Positions 7,683 to 17,117 of a stretch of DNA of 55,910 bases are shown piece by piece. The DNA lies in the IMG/VR virus record IMGVR_UViG_3300036779_000083, positions 1 to 55,910 of that record. One strand, 5' to 3'. This stretch comes from a virus. Its lineage: Duplodnaviria > Caudoviricetes. A program made the translations under genes and the position numbers. The number at the start of each line of letters is the position of its first letter. Positions within the stretch are counted from its first letter, which is position 1. The notes beneath the pieces are model-generated. The model did no database searches. It had not been told where the DNA came from and saw only the letters and a list, made by a program, of their open reading frames with translations.

Positions 7683-8438
7683 ATGGCCCTACGCCACGTC
7701 GTGCACGTGCTCGACCACCTCACGATCGAGGACAACGGCCAATTTCGTGTCCTGATCTCGCTCGCCGAATGGGCGCACAAACAGACCGGCGTCGTGCCGC
7801 CCTACCCGATCGAGGAGCTTCGACAACGGGCGCAAATGAGCAAGGCTTCGATCTATCGCAAGCTCGCCGAGCTGGAAGCCGACGGCCTGATCGAATGGGA
7901 GGGGCAACGAGACCGTCGCGGATGGAAAGTGCCGCCAACAATCCGGTTGAAATTTGCAACTATGGACGAGGAGTCCAAGTCTCAAATTGAGACTAGGGGT
8001 CGACGGCCTAGTCTCAAATCGGCCGAGCCTAGTCTCAAAAACGGGCAGCCTAGTCTCACTGTTGAGACTACATATAAAGATCAAGAATCTACCAAGACTC
8101 AACCAAGTAAAAGAGATTCTTCGGCGACGTTGTTTGACGAGCCACAACCGGCACAACCCAAGCCGTCGGCGACCTTCGATCAATTCTGGGCGATCTATCC
8201 CAAAAAGCGCGCCAAGGGCGCAGCTCGCAAAGCCTGGGACAAGGCAGTCGCCAAAACCGATCCCGCCAAAATCCTGTCCGCAGCCGTCGCCTACGCGAAG
8301 TCGCGTGCCGCTGCCGATCCGAAGTTCACCAAGTGGCCGCAGGGCTGGCTTGCTGATGAACGCTGGGACGATCAACCAGACCTGCCGTCGGCAGATCGGC
8401 CGATCGGCGTTCGTGTCGTAACTGACGGGATCATCTGA
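7683..8438 (+). CDS. Phage replication initiator (N-terminal HTH, C-terminal FDQFWAIYPKK domain)
   Basis: MSKASIYRKLAELEADGLI HTH; FWAIYPKKRAKGAARKAW; internal iterons. Confidence 0.75.
   Translation: MALRHVVHVLDHLTIEDNGQFRVLISLAEWAHKQTGVVPPYPIEELRQRAQMSKASIYRKLAELEADGLIEWEGQRDRRGWKVPPTIRLKFATMDEESKSQIETRGRRPSLKSAEPSLKNGQPSLTVETTYKDQESTKTQPSKRDSSATLFDEPQPAQPKPSATFDQFWAIYPKKRAKGAARKAWDKAVAKTDPAKILSAAVAYAKSRAAADPKFTKWPQGWLADERWDDQPDLPSADRPIGVRVVTDGII
7978..8070. repeat. Iteron-like repeats, putative replication origin
   Basis: GCCTAGTCTCA at 8006, 8027, 8048 (21-bp period); inverted TGAGACTA at 7988 and 8063; AGTCTCA at 7978. Confidence 0.7.
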
Positions 8439-8439
8439 C

Positions 8440-8796
8440 ATGCGCGAGGCACATCAAATTTTGAGCGAGCTGCGGATCATCGGCATTGGCGGATCACGCG
8501 AGGGTAGGTTCTACACGACGTGTCCGCGCTGCTCGCACACGCGCAAAAAGAAAACCGAAAAATGTCTGACGGTGTGGATCGAACCGAATGGTGTCGGCTG
8601 GTGCTGCAATCACACCGAATGCGGCTGGCAGGGGAAGGAATTCACCGATGAACCTCGATCAGGAAATTTTCCCGCTCGGCAAGGGCGGCGTGGAATTTCT
8701 GGAAGGGCGCTTGATCGACGTGGAGATCGCGCTAAGGCATGGGCTCCATACTGTCCGGTCCGATCGGGACCGGAAAGTGATGGTCCCGGATATTAA
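8440..8796 (+). CDS. Primase zinc-binding domain (stand-alone ORF)
   Basis: CPRCSHTRKKKTEKCL...WCCNHTECGW as in T7 gp4/Twinkle-type zinc-binding domains. Confidence 0.7.
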   Translation: MREAHQILSELRIIGIGGSREGRFYTTCPRCSHTRKKKTEKCLTVWIEPNGVGWCCNHTECGWQGKEFTDEPRSGNFPARQGRRGISGRALDRRGDRAKAWAPYCPVRSGPESDGPGY

Positions 8797-10201
8797 CGGC
8801 TGGGCGCTGGCGATTCCTTTTTTCGAGTATGGCCAGATCGTCAACATCAAGTACCGCAGCTTGCGAGAGAAGCGTTATTGGCAAATGGCCGGCGGCAAAT
8901 CGGTGTTGTGGAATTGCGATGTGCTCGACGATCCGGCGTTGACCGATGGGACCAACCCGGCGGTCATCACCGAGGGCGAATTAGATGCGCTTGCAGCGAT
9001 CACTGCCGGCTGGGTATTCACGACATCGGTGCCAGAGGGTGCGAATAAGCCACGCGGCGATGGTACGGTCGACGAAGGTGATGACGATCGTCAGGGTAAA
9101 TTCCGCTTCATGTGGAATTGCCGCGATCGGCTCAAGCGGGTGAAGCGCTTCATCCTGGCCGTCGACGATGATGAGGCCGGTGAGCGTTTGGCCGAAGAGC
9201 TGGTGCGCCGGCTACTTGCGGCACGCTGTTCGCGCGTCACCTATCCAAAGGGCTCGAAGGACACCAACGCGGTGTTGATGGATGGTGGCGCGGCGTCGGT
9301 GTCGTCGATGTTCAACAGCGCGCGGCCATATCCGATCCGCGGCATCTATAATTTGTCGGACTATCCAGATCGTCGGATCACCACGTTCTCGACGGGGATC
9401 GCCGCCGATCTCTCAGGTAACGATCCTTTGCTCGATGCGCATCTGAAGCTATTCCCCGGCCAGTTCGTGATCGTCACCGGCATTCCGAGCCACGGCAAGT
9501 CGACGTTGGTTTCGCAGGTCGTGGTCAATGCCGCCGCGCTGCACGGCTGGTCATCGCTGATCTTCTCGCCCGAGATGCCAGTGGTGCCGTTCTATCGCGA
9601 TCGGCTGCGCAAGGTGATCGGCGGTACATCAGAACAAGCCGACGACTTCATCGAGCGCTACATTCACTTCGTCGACCACGCGCCGAACCTCGACGACAGC
9701 GACATCACGATTCCAGAGATCATCGACCGCAGTATCGAAGCGGTGCTGCGCTACAATATTCGCATGATGGTGGTCGATCCGTGGAACGAGGTCGAGCATC
9801 TGAAGATGCCGGGCGAGATGATGGTCGATTACATCGCGCGCTCGATCCGTGAGCTGCGTCGCCTCGCACAGCAACAGGGTTTGTCGGTGTGGGTTGTCGC
9901 GCATCCAACCAAAGAGGTGAAGGGCAAAGACGGCAAGGTGACGATACCGACGTTGTACGATGTCGAGGGCGCCGCGCATTGGTTCAACAAGTGCGATCAT
10001 GGTGCGATCGTACATCGTGATGACGAAAACCGGCGCTCGGTGATCGTGGTTGCCAAGTCGCGGTTCGAGGAGCTGGCCGGCCGTCGCGGCAAAATCTATG
10101 TGAGCTTCGACGAGGCTACCAATCGCTTTGAACGTCTCGATGCGCAGGCGCAGCTCCGGCTGTTGCAACAGCAACAACAGGAGGCCGGCAAAAATGATTG
10201 A
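8648..10201 (+). CDS. T7 gp4/Twinkle-like primase-helicase (Toprim + SF4 helicase)
   Basis: VNIKYR, ITEGELDA, AVDDDEAG, KDTN, Walker A GIPSHGKST, VVDPWN, VAHPTK, KSRF; GGGGAAGGA RBS. Confidence 0.9.
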   Translation: MNLDQEIFPLGKGGVEFLEGRLIDVEIALRHGLHTVRSDRDRKVMVPDINGWALAIPFFEYGQIVNIKYRSLREKRYWQMAGGKSVLWNCDVLDDPALTDGTNPAVITEGELDALAAITAGWVFTTSVPEGANKPRGDGTVDEGDDDRQGKFRFMWNCRDRLKRVKRFILAVDDDEAGERLAEELVRRLLAARCSRVTYPKGSKDTNAVLMDGGAASVSSMFNSARPYPIRGIYNLSDYPDRRITTFSTGIAADLSGNDPLLDAHLKLFPGQFVIVTGIPSHGKSTLVSQVVVNAAALHGWSSLIFSPEMPVVPFYRDRLRKVIGGTSEQADDFIERYIHFVDHAPNLDDSDITIPEIIDRSIEAVLRYNIRMMVVDPWNEVEHLKMPGEMMVDYIARSIRELRRLAQQQGLSVWVVAHPTKEVKGKDGKVTIPTLYDVEGAAHWFNKCDHGAIVHRDDENRRSVIVVAKSRFEELAGRRGKIYVSFDEATNRFERLDAQAQLRLLQQQQQEAGKND

Positions 10202-10409
10202 TCCAATGGCTAAGGGCGACCACAAATATAAACCGCGAGACAGCCGCGGTGCGGTTGGCGGCGGGTATCGTCGACCGCGAGTTCAGATCGGATTTGAGCC
10301 GGAACAGATAAGCCAGATCACCGTTCGCGCGGCTCGCCACGGAAGAAGCTTCGCGGCCGAAGTGAGAGCAATCGTCGCGGATGCCCTCCAGCAGGACAAG
10401 CGGGCATGA
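10194..10409 (+). CDS. Ribbon-helix-helix (Arc/FitA-like) protein
   Basis: RAARHGRSFAAEVRAIV. Confidence 0.6.
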   Translation: MIDPMAKGDHKYKPRDSRGAVGGGYRRPRVQIGFEPEQISQITVRAARHGRSFAAEVRAIVADALQQDKRA

Positions 10410-10681
10410 CAGACCGGCGATATATGCGATCGGGTCTCAACTTTGCGGTCGGGAAAGCAGTCGAGGAACTCGGCGAATTGCAGGCCGCGCTCGGCAAAAC
10501 GCTTAGGTGGGGGTGGGACAGTTACAACCCGGAACTTCCAACAAATGAGCGCGAACTCAATTCAGAGTGGGTTCGACGAGAAATCAAGGATGTACGCGAT
10601 GCTCTCGATAATCTTGAGATTGAAATGAATTCAGAACTTCGTGTGATGGACCTCCAGCAGGACAAGCCGGTGCAGCCATGA
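10406..10681 (+). CDS. MazG-like nucleotide pyrophosphohydrolase
   Basis: EELGELQAALGK...REIKDV. Confidence 0.6.
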   Translation: MTDRRYMRSGLNFAVGKAVEELGELQAALGKTLRWGWDSYNPELPTNERELNSEWVRREIKDVRDALDNLEIEMNSELRVMDLQQDKPVQP

Positions 10682-10690
10682 GCGATATAG

Positions 10691-10754
10691 TCGCCGACCG
10701 GGACCGGCGGATAGCGCAACCCAAAGCGTTCACTGAGGAGGAAAATTCGTGAAG
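10691..10754 (+). repeat. 64-bp direct repeat copy 2
   Basis: 63/64 identical to 3236-3299. Confidence 0.9.
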
Positions 10755-10940
10755 TTCACACCAAGAGTCGAACCGACTCCACCATCGCAGCCGTCGCCGA
10801 TCAACGTGTACTTCGACGAGCGCGGTCGCTTCATGCATTTTTGTCACTGCGGCAAATGGGGTGCGTTCGGCTATAAGGCACGTCCGATGAAGGGTGAATT
10901 GGGGATGTGGTACTGCAAGGAGCACCGACCATGCAATTAG
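10749..10940 (+). CDS. Small Cys/His-rich hypothetical protein
   Basis: CHCGKWGAFG...WYCKEH; strong RBS supplied by the repeat. Confidence 0.6.
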   Translation: MKFTPRVEPTPPSQPSPINVYFDERGRFMHFCHCGKWGAFGYKARPMKGELGMWYCKEHRPCN

Positions 10941-11152
10941 CTGAATTCGTCAAAGCGCGCGAGCACGAGCTGCATTCACCGTCGAGCCGCACCGAGTATC
11001 TCAAATGCGCATCGTGCGAAGCCGGATGCGACATGCAGGGCACCTGGGGCGAGCCGTGCTGGGGCCGGGTGCTGTTCATCGCCAACTACGGGCGCCGCCG
11101 CCATCTGTGCGCCGGTCACGATGATCCGGCTCAGTATCGGCCGAGGCCATGA
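10931..11152 (+). CDS. Small Cys-rich hypothetical protein
   Basis: CASCEAGC...CWG...CAGH; overlaps neighbours. Confidence 0.5.
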   Translation: MQLAEFVKAREHELHSPSSRTEYLKCASCEAGCDMQGTWGEPCWGRVLFIANYGRRRHLCAGHDDPAQYRPRP

Positions 11153-11397
11153 TGCGCGCCAAGGATACCGACGAGCTGTACGCGTGGACGGTCTACGATC
11201 ACCCGACCGATCAGCCAGACGTGTATGTCGCGCGGCTGTGGCGATTCCTGCCGGCGCCGCCAGCGCCGACCAGTCGCACGCTCGACTGCGATGACCTCGA
11301 AGGGCTGCGCGCGATGATTCTTGCCGATAATCCAGGTCTGATCTGCCTGGGGCGCGCCGAAGCTGACGATCCCAAGATCGTCGAGGTGTGGATATGA
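11149..11397 (+). CDS. Hypothetical protein
   Basis: WTVYDHPTD...DDPKIVEVW; ATGA overlaps. Confidence 0.6.
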   Translation: MMRAKDTDELYAWTVYDHPTDQPDVYVARLWRFLPAPPAPTSRTLDCDDLEGLRAMILADNPGLICLGRAEADDPKIVEVWI

Positions 11398-11624
11398 CCA
11401 AGGCGACGCGCAAGAAAAAGTTCGACCGGCTCTCCGAGCACGACGAGAGCAATCCGTATTCAATTGAAGAGGTCGACGGTTTGACTAAACTCATTGCCCA
11501 TTCGATCTGCGGCGCGATCTATGCTGGCAGGTGCGCGTGCCGACGGCGCTCCGACATGTCGCCCTGTACGACGATGGTGTCGGCCGCCAAGATCGCGATC
11601 CATCTGGTGAGGGAGTCAAGCTGA
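11394..11624 (+). CDS. Hypothetical protein
   Basis: ORF coupled to both neighbours. Confidence 0.5.
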   Translation: MTKATRKKKFDRLSEHDESNPYSIEEVDGLTKLIAHSICGAIYAGRCACRRRSDMSPCTTMVSAAKIAIHLVRESS

Positions 11625-13180
11625 TGCCCAACTCGATAGTCATCTCATCCGGCCACGGTAAGTACATTCGGGGCGCCAGCGGCGTTCTGGATGAGGTCAA
11701 CGAAGCCCGCAAGGTCGTCGAGACGGTGGCGCGAATCCTGCGCGAGAACGATGTCGCGGTGAAGACCTTCCACGACAACACCTCGCATGATCAGTCGACC
11801 AACCTCGCGACCATCGTCAACTACCACAATGCGCAAACGCGCGATCTCGATGTCTCGGTCCACTTCAATGCCTATGTCGAAACCACCAATCCGATGGGCA
11901 CCGAGACGTTGTACATCACTCAAAGCGCGCTCGCTGACAAGGTCTCGGAAGCCATCGCTGCGGCTGGCAGCTTCATCGATCGCGGTCCAAAAAAGCGCAC
12001 CGACCTCTACTTCCTCAACAACACCGAGGAGCCGTCGATCCTGATCGAGACCTGTTTTGTCGACAGCACCGCCGACGCCGATCTCTACCATCGAAACTAC
12101 GACGCTATTTGCTTTGCCATCGCCCAATCCATTGCCGGGCGCACGCTTGGTGAGCCGCCGCCGATCGAGCAGCCGCCGCCGGTCGAGGAGATACCGCCGG
12201 CCCCAGGCTCCAAGCCGCGGCCGGTGATCGGCAAAGGCGACTACGGCAACAATGTCGCTGAGGTTCAATCAGCTCTTGAGCTTGATCCCGATGGCGACTT
12301 CGGGCCGGCGACGAAGAGCGCGGTCGAGGCTTACCAAGCCAGCAAGGGTCTCTCGGTCGACGGTGTCGTCGGTGGCCAGACCTGGGGCGCCCTTGCGAGC
12401 GACTACCCAAACTCGGTGCCGCCCTATCCGCCGCCGCTGCCAGCGTTGCTCAGCGAGCGCCAGATCGACGGCATCATCGCCATCGCCGTCAACTCGGCGA
12501 TTGCCGGCTACTCTTGGCGCGATCGAGGCCAAGCCCCAAGCGGCTACGTCAAGGGCATGGCCATCGCGTGGGCTCAAGCCTATGTGCGGTACGTCGACAA
12601 CGACGATCCCATCACCCGTGAGATGGCGAAGGCGAACACCGGCAACGACAGCGTCGATGCGCTCAGCTGGTACAACAGCGATTTTGCCGCGCTTGGCATG
12701 AGCAACGACGAGCTGTCGCTCGACACCCTGCGGCATCTCTATGTGCTGCTGATGGGTCTTGGGATGCGAGAGTCGAGCGGCAGGCATTGCGAAGGCCGCG
12801 ATCAAAGCGCCAGCAATACCGACAGCAACACCTGTGAGGCCGGATTATTCCAGACCTCGTTCAATGCGTCGTCATGTTGCACCGACTTCCTCAATCTGTT
12901 CGATCAATACGAGATCGAGAGCGAGCAAGGCTACATGTCGATCTTCGATGACGGCGTCAGTTGCTCAAGCTCGTCGTGGGCTTGCTATGGCTCCGGCGAC
13001 GGTTACAAATTCCAACAGCTGTGCAAGTACGATCCAACCTTCGCCGTCGAGAACTGCGGCATTGTTCTGAGAAACCTTCGCCAACACTACGGTCCGATCA
13101 ACCGCAAGGAGGCCGAGCTTCGTCCCGAGGCCGACGAGATGTTTCAGGCGATCCAGCGGCTGATGGAGAGCGTGGCATGA
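11624..13180 (+). CDS. Endolysin: N-acetylmuramoyl-L-alanine amidase (Amidase_3) + peptidoglycan-binding domain + C-terminal lysozyme-like domain
   Basis: ISSGHG, VSVHFNA, SILIETCFV; DGDFGPATKSAV-YQ-GLSVDGVVG-TW; LGMRESSG and GLFQTS. Confidence 0.85.
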   Translation: MPNSIVISSGHGKYIRGASGVLDEVNEARKVVETVARILRENDVAVKTFHDNTSHDQSTNLATIVNYHNAQTRDLDVSVHFNAYVETTNPMGTETLYITQSALADKVSEAIAAAGSFIDRGPKKRTDLYFLNNTEEPSILIETCFVDSTADADLYHRNYDAICFAIAQSIAGRTLGEPPPIEQPPPVEEIPPAPGSKPRPVIGKGDYGNNVAEVQSALELDPDGDFGPATKSAVEAYQASKGLSVDGVVGGQTWGALASDYPNSVPPYPPPLPALLSERQIDGIIAIAVNSAIAGYSWRDRGQAPSGYVKGMAIAWAQAYVRYVDNDDPITREMAKANTGNDSVDALSWYNSDFAALGMSNDELSLDTLRHLYVLLMGLGMRESSGRHCEGRDQSASNTDSNTCEAGLFQTSFNASSCCTDFLNLFDQYEIESEQGYMSIFDDGVSCSSSSWACYGSGDGYKFQQLCKYDPTFAVENCGIVLRNLRQHYGPINRKEAELRPEADEMFQAIQRLMESVA

Positions 13181-13476
13181 TCAGGAAACTCGATCTGAAG
13201 TTTTACGGCACGATCTTCAAGGCCAAGGATGGCAGCGAGGTGCCGCAGTCGCAGTGGGTGGCGTTCCTGGCGCAGGACGATGCGTTCGTGATGACGCTTC
13301 CCACCTATCTGGAAAACTGCATCAAGATGGGCTGCGACGACGCGCAGATCGCCGCCGTCGAGCGGCTGATGGCCAACGTCAACGAAGTGCGCCGCGCTGA
13401 TCCGGCGCGCAACAAGAAGCCCGATGCCGTTGGTGAAGCGATGATTGACCCGGCCACTGGTGAAATCCCGATATGA
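13177..13476 (+). CDS. Hypothetical protein
   Basis: ATGA-coupled ORF. Confidence 0.6.
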   Translation: MIRKLDLKFYGTIFKAKDGSEVPQSQWVAFLAQDDAFVMTLPTYLENCIKMGCDDAQIAAVERLMANVNEVRRADPARNKKPDAVGEAMIDPATGEIPI

Positions 13477-13760
13477 GCGCGACACCGTATCTCGATCGCT
13501 TGCTAGAGATCGCCGACAAGACACGGCAGGCGAACAACGTCGTGCGTTTCGATGATACAGCGTGGATCAGCGACCACCTGTTCGACCTCGCGCGCGAGGT
13601 TGCGGTGCTCAAGAATATAGAGCTGCCGATCGAGCATCTCGAACGGATCAGTGTCACGCTACTCACCCACATGGATGTGATCTTGGAGAAGTGCCGGGCG
13701 GTGGCGGTGATGAAGAGCAAGATCACCGAGCTGGAAAACAAGTTGGCGGGGATCGCATGA
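13473..13760 (+). CDS. Hypothetical protein
   Basis: ATGA-coupled ORF. Confidence 0.55.
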   Translation: MSATPYLDRLLEIADKTRQANNVVRFDDTAWISDHLFDLAREVAVLKNIELPIEHLERISVTLLTHMDVILEKCRAVAVMKSKITELENKLAGIA

Positions 13761-13981
13761 TGGGCATCAAGATCGATGTCATCGACGATGCAGCGCCGAT
13801 TCCACGGCAGTCGCGAGTGACGCTCGAATGCGATGTGGCGAAGGCGTTCTTCTGCCGCGGCTTCATTCAGTCGGTGGCGCCCGAGGATTACGTTGTTTTT
13901 ATGTCGCGTGCCGTGCGCGCGGGCTGGACCACACGGCACAACAACGGTGATCGCGTCTTCGTCTGCCCGGAGTGCAAGTGA
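13757..13981 (+). CDS. Small zinc-ribbon-like protein
   Basis: CD...C and VCPEC. Confidence 0.55.
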   Translation: MMGIKIDVIDDAAPIPRQSRVTLECDVAKAFFCRGFIQSVAPEDYVVFMSRAVRAGWTTRHNNGDRVFVCPECK

Positions 13982-14502
13982 TGGCTGGGAGCATGAACAA
14001 GGTCATTCTGGTCGGTCATCTCGGTGCCGATCCAGAGATACGCCGCACCAACGATGGCCGGCCGATCGCCAATATGCGGATCGCGACCACCGACAGTTGG
14101 CGCGACAAGAACAGCGGCGAGCGCAAGGAGCGGACTGAGTGGCATCGCGTCGTGGTGTTCGCCGAAGGGCTCGCCAAGGTCGTCGAGCAATACTGCAAGA
14201 AGGGCGACAAGGTGCTGGTCGAGGGCTCACTGCAAACCCGCAAGTGGCAGGATCAGCAGGGCGTCGATCGCTATTCGACCGAGGTCGTGCTGCAAGCATT
14301 CAGCGGGCAATTGCTCCTGCTGTCGTCGAAGGCCGATCGCGAGGCGCGCGGGCAAGCCGATGAGCGTGAGGAGGCCAACGCCGCCGAGCGCATGGGCGTC
14401 GGTGAGCGGTACGGCGAGCATCGCGGCGATGGCCCGTCGAACGGATCGACCGGCGGCGGTCACAAGCCGCGCCACGACATGGACGACGAAATTCCGTTTT
14501 GA
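13981..14502 (+). CDS. ssb: Single-stranded DNA-binding protein
   Basis: [23 protein letters not shown]-terminal DDEIPF. Confidence 0.97.
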   Translation: MAGSMNKVILVGHLGADPEIRRTNDGRPIANMRIATTDSWRDKNSGERKERTEWHRVVVFAEGLAKVVEQYCKKGDKVLVEGSLQTRKWQDQQGVDRYSTEVVLQAFSGQLLLLSSKADREARGQADEREEANAAERMGVGERYGEHRGDGPSNGSTGGGHKPRHDMDDEIPF

Positions 14503-14509
14503 GGATGTT

Positions 14510-14794
14510 ATGAAGTTCGCCGGTCACCAGAACAGGGGCATGGAAGCGCAAGGCCGCGTCCTCGCGCCCGGCGAAGGCTATCGCGAGAACGACGCCATCA
14601 AATCGACGATGGGCAACAAGCAAGAGCAGCGATGCGTGATGCGCGACGACAAGCTGGTCTACGGCACCGTCGACGAGCCGGTGGCGCGGGCACGTGAGCG
14701 CATGCTGATTTTGATGGCCGAGCGCACCGCCGAGATCGAGGCCGGTCTCGTCCACGAAAGTTATGCCGCTGAGATCGTCCGACTGAAGGGGTAG
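14510..14794 (+). CDS. Hypothetical protein
   Basis: GAGG RBS; fills the gap after ssb. Confidence 0.5.
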   Translation: MKFAGHQNRGMEAQGRVLAPGEGYRENDAIKSTMGNKQEQRCVMRDDKLVYGTVDEPVARARERMLILMAERTAEIEAGLVHESYAAEIVRLKG

Positions 14795-14796
14795 CA

Positions 14797-15039
14797 ATGA
14801 GCTTGGAGTTGACACGCGAAGAGACGGAGCGCGACATCGCCCCGCCCCAGGTGTGGAAGCACACCAAGACCGGCAATTTCTATTCGATCGTCTGCGTCTC
14901 GAAGCACAGCGAGACGCTTGAGCTGTTGGTGACCTATCGGCTCACCAACAAGTCGAAAGAGTTTTGGACACGACCGCTGGCGATGTTCTTGGACTCCGGT
15001 GGTCCAGACGGAAGGCTACGATTTGAACGCGTGCGGTGA
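14797..15039 (+). CDS. DUF1653-like protein
   Basis: WKHTKTGNFY...HSETLELLVTYR...WTRPLAMF. Confidence 0.75.
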   Translation: MSLELTREETERDIAPPQVWKHTKTGNFYSIVCVSKHSETLELLVTYRLTNKSKEFWTRPLAMFLDSGGPDGRLRFERVR

Positions 15040-15596
15040 ATGCCATGGCACGCCTGTTGGGTCCTCGCCCAGGCGAGATCATCGACGAGAGCTGGTCGCC
15101 GCTCGACACCGCGGAGAGCCCGGAATATGTGCCGTCGAGCTGGCAGGGTTGGCACGTCGGCGTCCGTCTCGTTGAAGCTTTCCACACGCTGACGCTGATG
15201 CCGGGCGAGGGCGGCCCGACGATGGGGCAGTCGGCGTGGCCGTTGTATCGCTACGAGGTCTCCGAATATTTCGCAGCACTGGTCGGCGCCGAAGAGATGG
15301 TAGTCGCCGATCTGCAGCTCGATCGCAATCGCACCCGGCTGCGCGCCGAGGCATTCGAGATCAAGCGGATGGAAATCGCGCTGGCGTGGCCTGCCCATTA
15401 TCTCGGCGGCCATGATCGTCTGCTGTGCATCATCGTCAACCACGTCGCCTACTTCCGCGCTCGTGGACTTGACCTCGACAAGATCACCCGCAAAATCCGG
15501 CCGCGGACATCGGCGTCGGTGCTGCGCCATCGCAATCAAGCAGGGCTCGACATCATCGCCACTGGACTACGAAAGGATGAAGTCGCGGTGTTCTGA
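15036..15596 (+). CDS. Conserved alphaproteobacterial phage protein (possible late transcription regulator)
   Basis: VGVRLVEAFHTL...ALAW...GLDIIATGL; located at the end of the early operon. Confidence 0.55.
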   Translation: MNAMARLLGPRPGEIIDESWSPLDTAESPEYVPSSWQGWHVGVRLVEAFHTLTLMPGEGGPTMGQSAWPLYRYEVSEYFAALVGAEEMVVADLQLDRNRTRLRAEAFEIKRMEIALAWPAHYLGGHDRLLCIIVNHVAYFRARGLDLDKITRKIRPRTSASVLRHRNQAGLDIIATGLRKDEVAVF

Positions 15597-15829
15597 TGGA
15601 TACGCTCTGGCACATCTTCATCGTCGTGGTGATGGCGATGCTGTTTGTCAATCTGAGTTGCATGCTGCGCTTGGCAGTGATGTTTCGACTGCCGTCGCCA
15701 ACGGTCTCGAAGGAATGTCGGGAAGCGTGCACGCCAGACAAGTGTGCGTGTTGGGACAAGGAGCAAAAGCGTCGCCGTGCCGACCTCGATCGGCAGGCTT
15801 TGGGAGGGGAAGATGTGCGTGACGTTTGA
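15596..15829 (+). CDS. Small membrane protein
   Basis: Hydrophobic N-terminus, Cys cluster. Confidence 0.45.
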   Translation: MDTLWHIFIVVVMAMLFVNLSCMLRLAVMFRLPSPTVSKECREACTPDKCACWDKEQKRRRADLDRQALGGEDVRDV

Positions 15830-16346
15830 GTATCCGGATCGAAGGGTTTTGATTTACATTAGCGCGTTCGGTATCTGCTCGGTCTACATCGCTGCCAACC
15901 CGTCGGGCTCGGTGTGGCAGGCTGGGATCGCGCAGAATTTGCGGCAGGCCGAGCTGGGCGATGGCTTCGAGATGACGGCGGCGTTCTGGTTCGCGTCGCG
16001 CCCGACCGCGGCGAAGGTGCGCAATGCGATCGAGAGCGTCCATGACATGGTCAGTGATGCCGAGGGCGCCTGCCAGATCGTCCGAGAGTATTCCGGGCAT
16101 CTTCGATTCGGAATGAGTGACCACGGCAAGGTGATGAAGCGGGCCGCCAGCTGCCTGGAACGGATCGAGGTCGAGATCGCCCGGGCGCGGCGATATGGTG
16201 CGCTGCGAGAATTCAACCGGACCTACGCCGAAAACCGAAAACGCTTGCTTTCAATGGGGAAACGCGCCCCCGATTACAACGAGGCGTTGATCTCCGCTTT
16301 CATCGCCGGGGTTGCCCAGCGGGTCGCTAACTCGGTTTTCACTTGA
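15813..16346 (+). CDS. Hypothetical protein
   Basis: GGGAGGGG RBS; ~177 aa. Confidence 0.55.
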   Translation: MCVTFEYPDRRVLIYISAFGICSVYIAANPSGSVWQAGIAQNLRQAELGDGFEMTAAFWFASRPTAAKVRNAIESVHDMVSDAEGACQIVREYSGHLRFGMSDHGKVMKRAASCLERIEVEIARARRYGALREFNRTYAENRKRLLSMGKRAPDYNEALISAFIAGVAQRVANSVFT

Positions 16347-16617
16347 CAGCTCAACGTGATCGCGGTTTTCTCGCACGCGCACGAGCCCTAGGGCGGCGAA
16401 CCTCAACCTCCTCCGAATCGATAGAAGGCCAGCGCCCGCTGCGGGCGCCGGGTGCTGGGGCCGCTTTGCCGGCTACTGGCGTAGGTTGGACCGCCGATGG
16501 CGACCCCCAGCTCAGCGCGGCTCCTACGCACGTGGCGGGGCATCGGGCGGGCGGCGATCGAGGGGCAGGCCGGGGATCGCCGGTGGAGCGATAGGCTGCC
16601 CCGGCCTGCACTCGGCG

Positions 16618-16863
16618 CTAGGAGCGTGCGCCGATCTCGCGCCGCACTTCGGTGATCGCAATGGTCAGCGCGTGATCGAACCATTCGCGAGTCTGATCGA
16701 GGTCTTCGCCGGTGGCGTTTAGCGCGGTGGCCGTCACGATCGCGATGGCGTTGAGGATTTCGTAGACGCCGTCTCTGCCGTACTCCGGATCGAGGCTGTC
16801 TGCCACCACGCGCGTCAGCTCGACCGCGAGCTGTGTAATGCGTTCGTTATCAAGTGTGCTCAT
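16618..16863 (-). CDS. Hypothetical protein
   Basis: Last gene of the leftward cluster. Confidence 0.55.
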   Translation of the reverse strand: MSTLDNERITQLAVELTRVVADSLDPEYGRDGVYEILNAIAIVTATALNATGEDLDQTREWFDHALTIAITEVRREIGARS

Positions 16864-17117
16864 TATCGTTCAATCTCTGTAATCGACACCACTTCGTTTG
16901 GCGTGTGGTTGTGGTGAAGCATCAGCTGCAGCACCATCACCTCGGCGATCGGCACGGCCTTGGTGCCGTCGAGCCAATCGCGCACGAGGCGATCGGGCAG
17001 GCCGAAGAACCGCGCGACCTCGGTCGAGCTGGTGAAGCCGACATTCACGATCAGCTGTTGCAGCTCGTTGCCGTCGATCTCGTAGTATTCGGTCGCGGTG
17101 CGCTTCATTGCGTTCAT
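16863..17117 (-). CDS. HTH (XRE-like) protein
   Basis: SSTEVARFFGLPDRLVRDWLDG; GGAGGGG RBS. Confidence 0.6.
   Translation of the reverse strand: MNAMKRTATEYYEIDGNELQQLIVNVGFTSSTEVARFFGLPDRLVRDWLDGTKAVPIAEVMVLQLMLHHNHTPNEVVSITEIER

Noticed and set aside
8954-8995. Own primase Toprim motif as target of array unit 5
   Set aside because: Only 5 of 14 dinucleotides match.
16343-16617. Short GC-rich ORFs at the convergence of the two transcription units
   Set aside because: No RBS or motif support; probably a non-coding junction.
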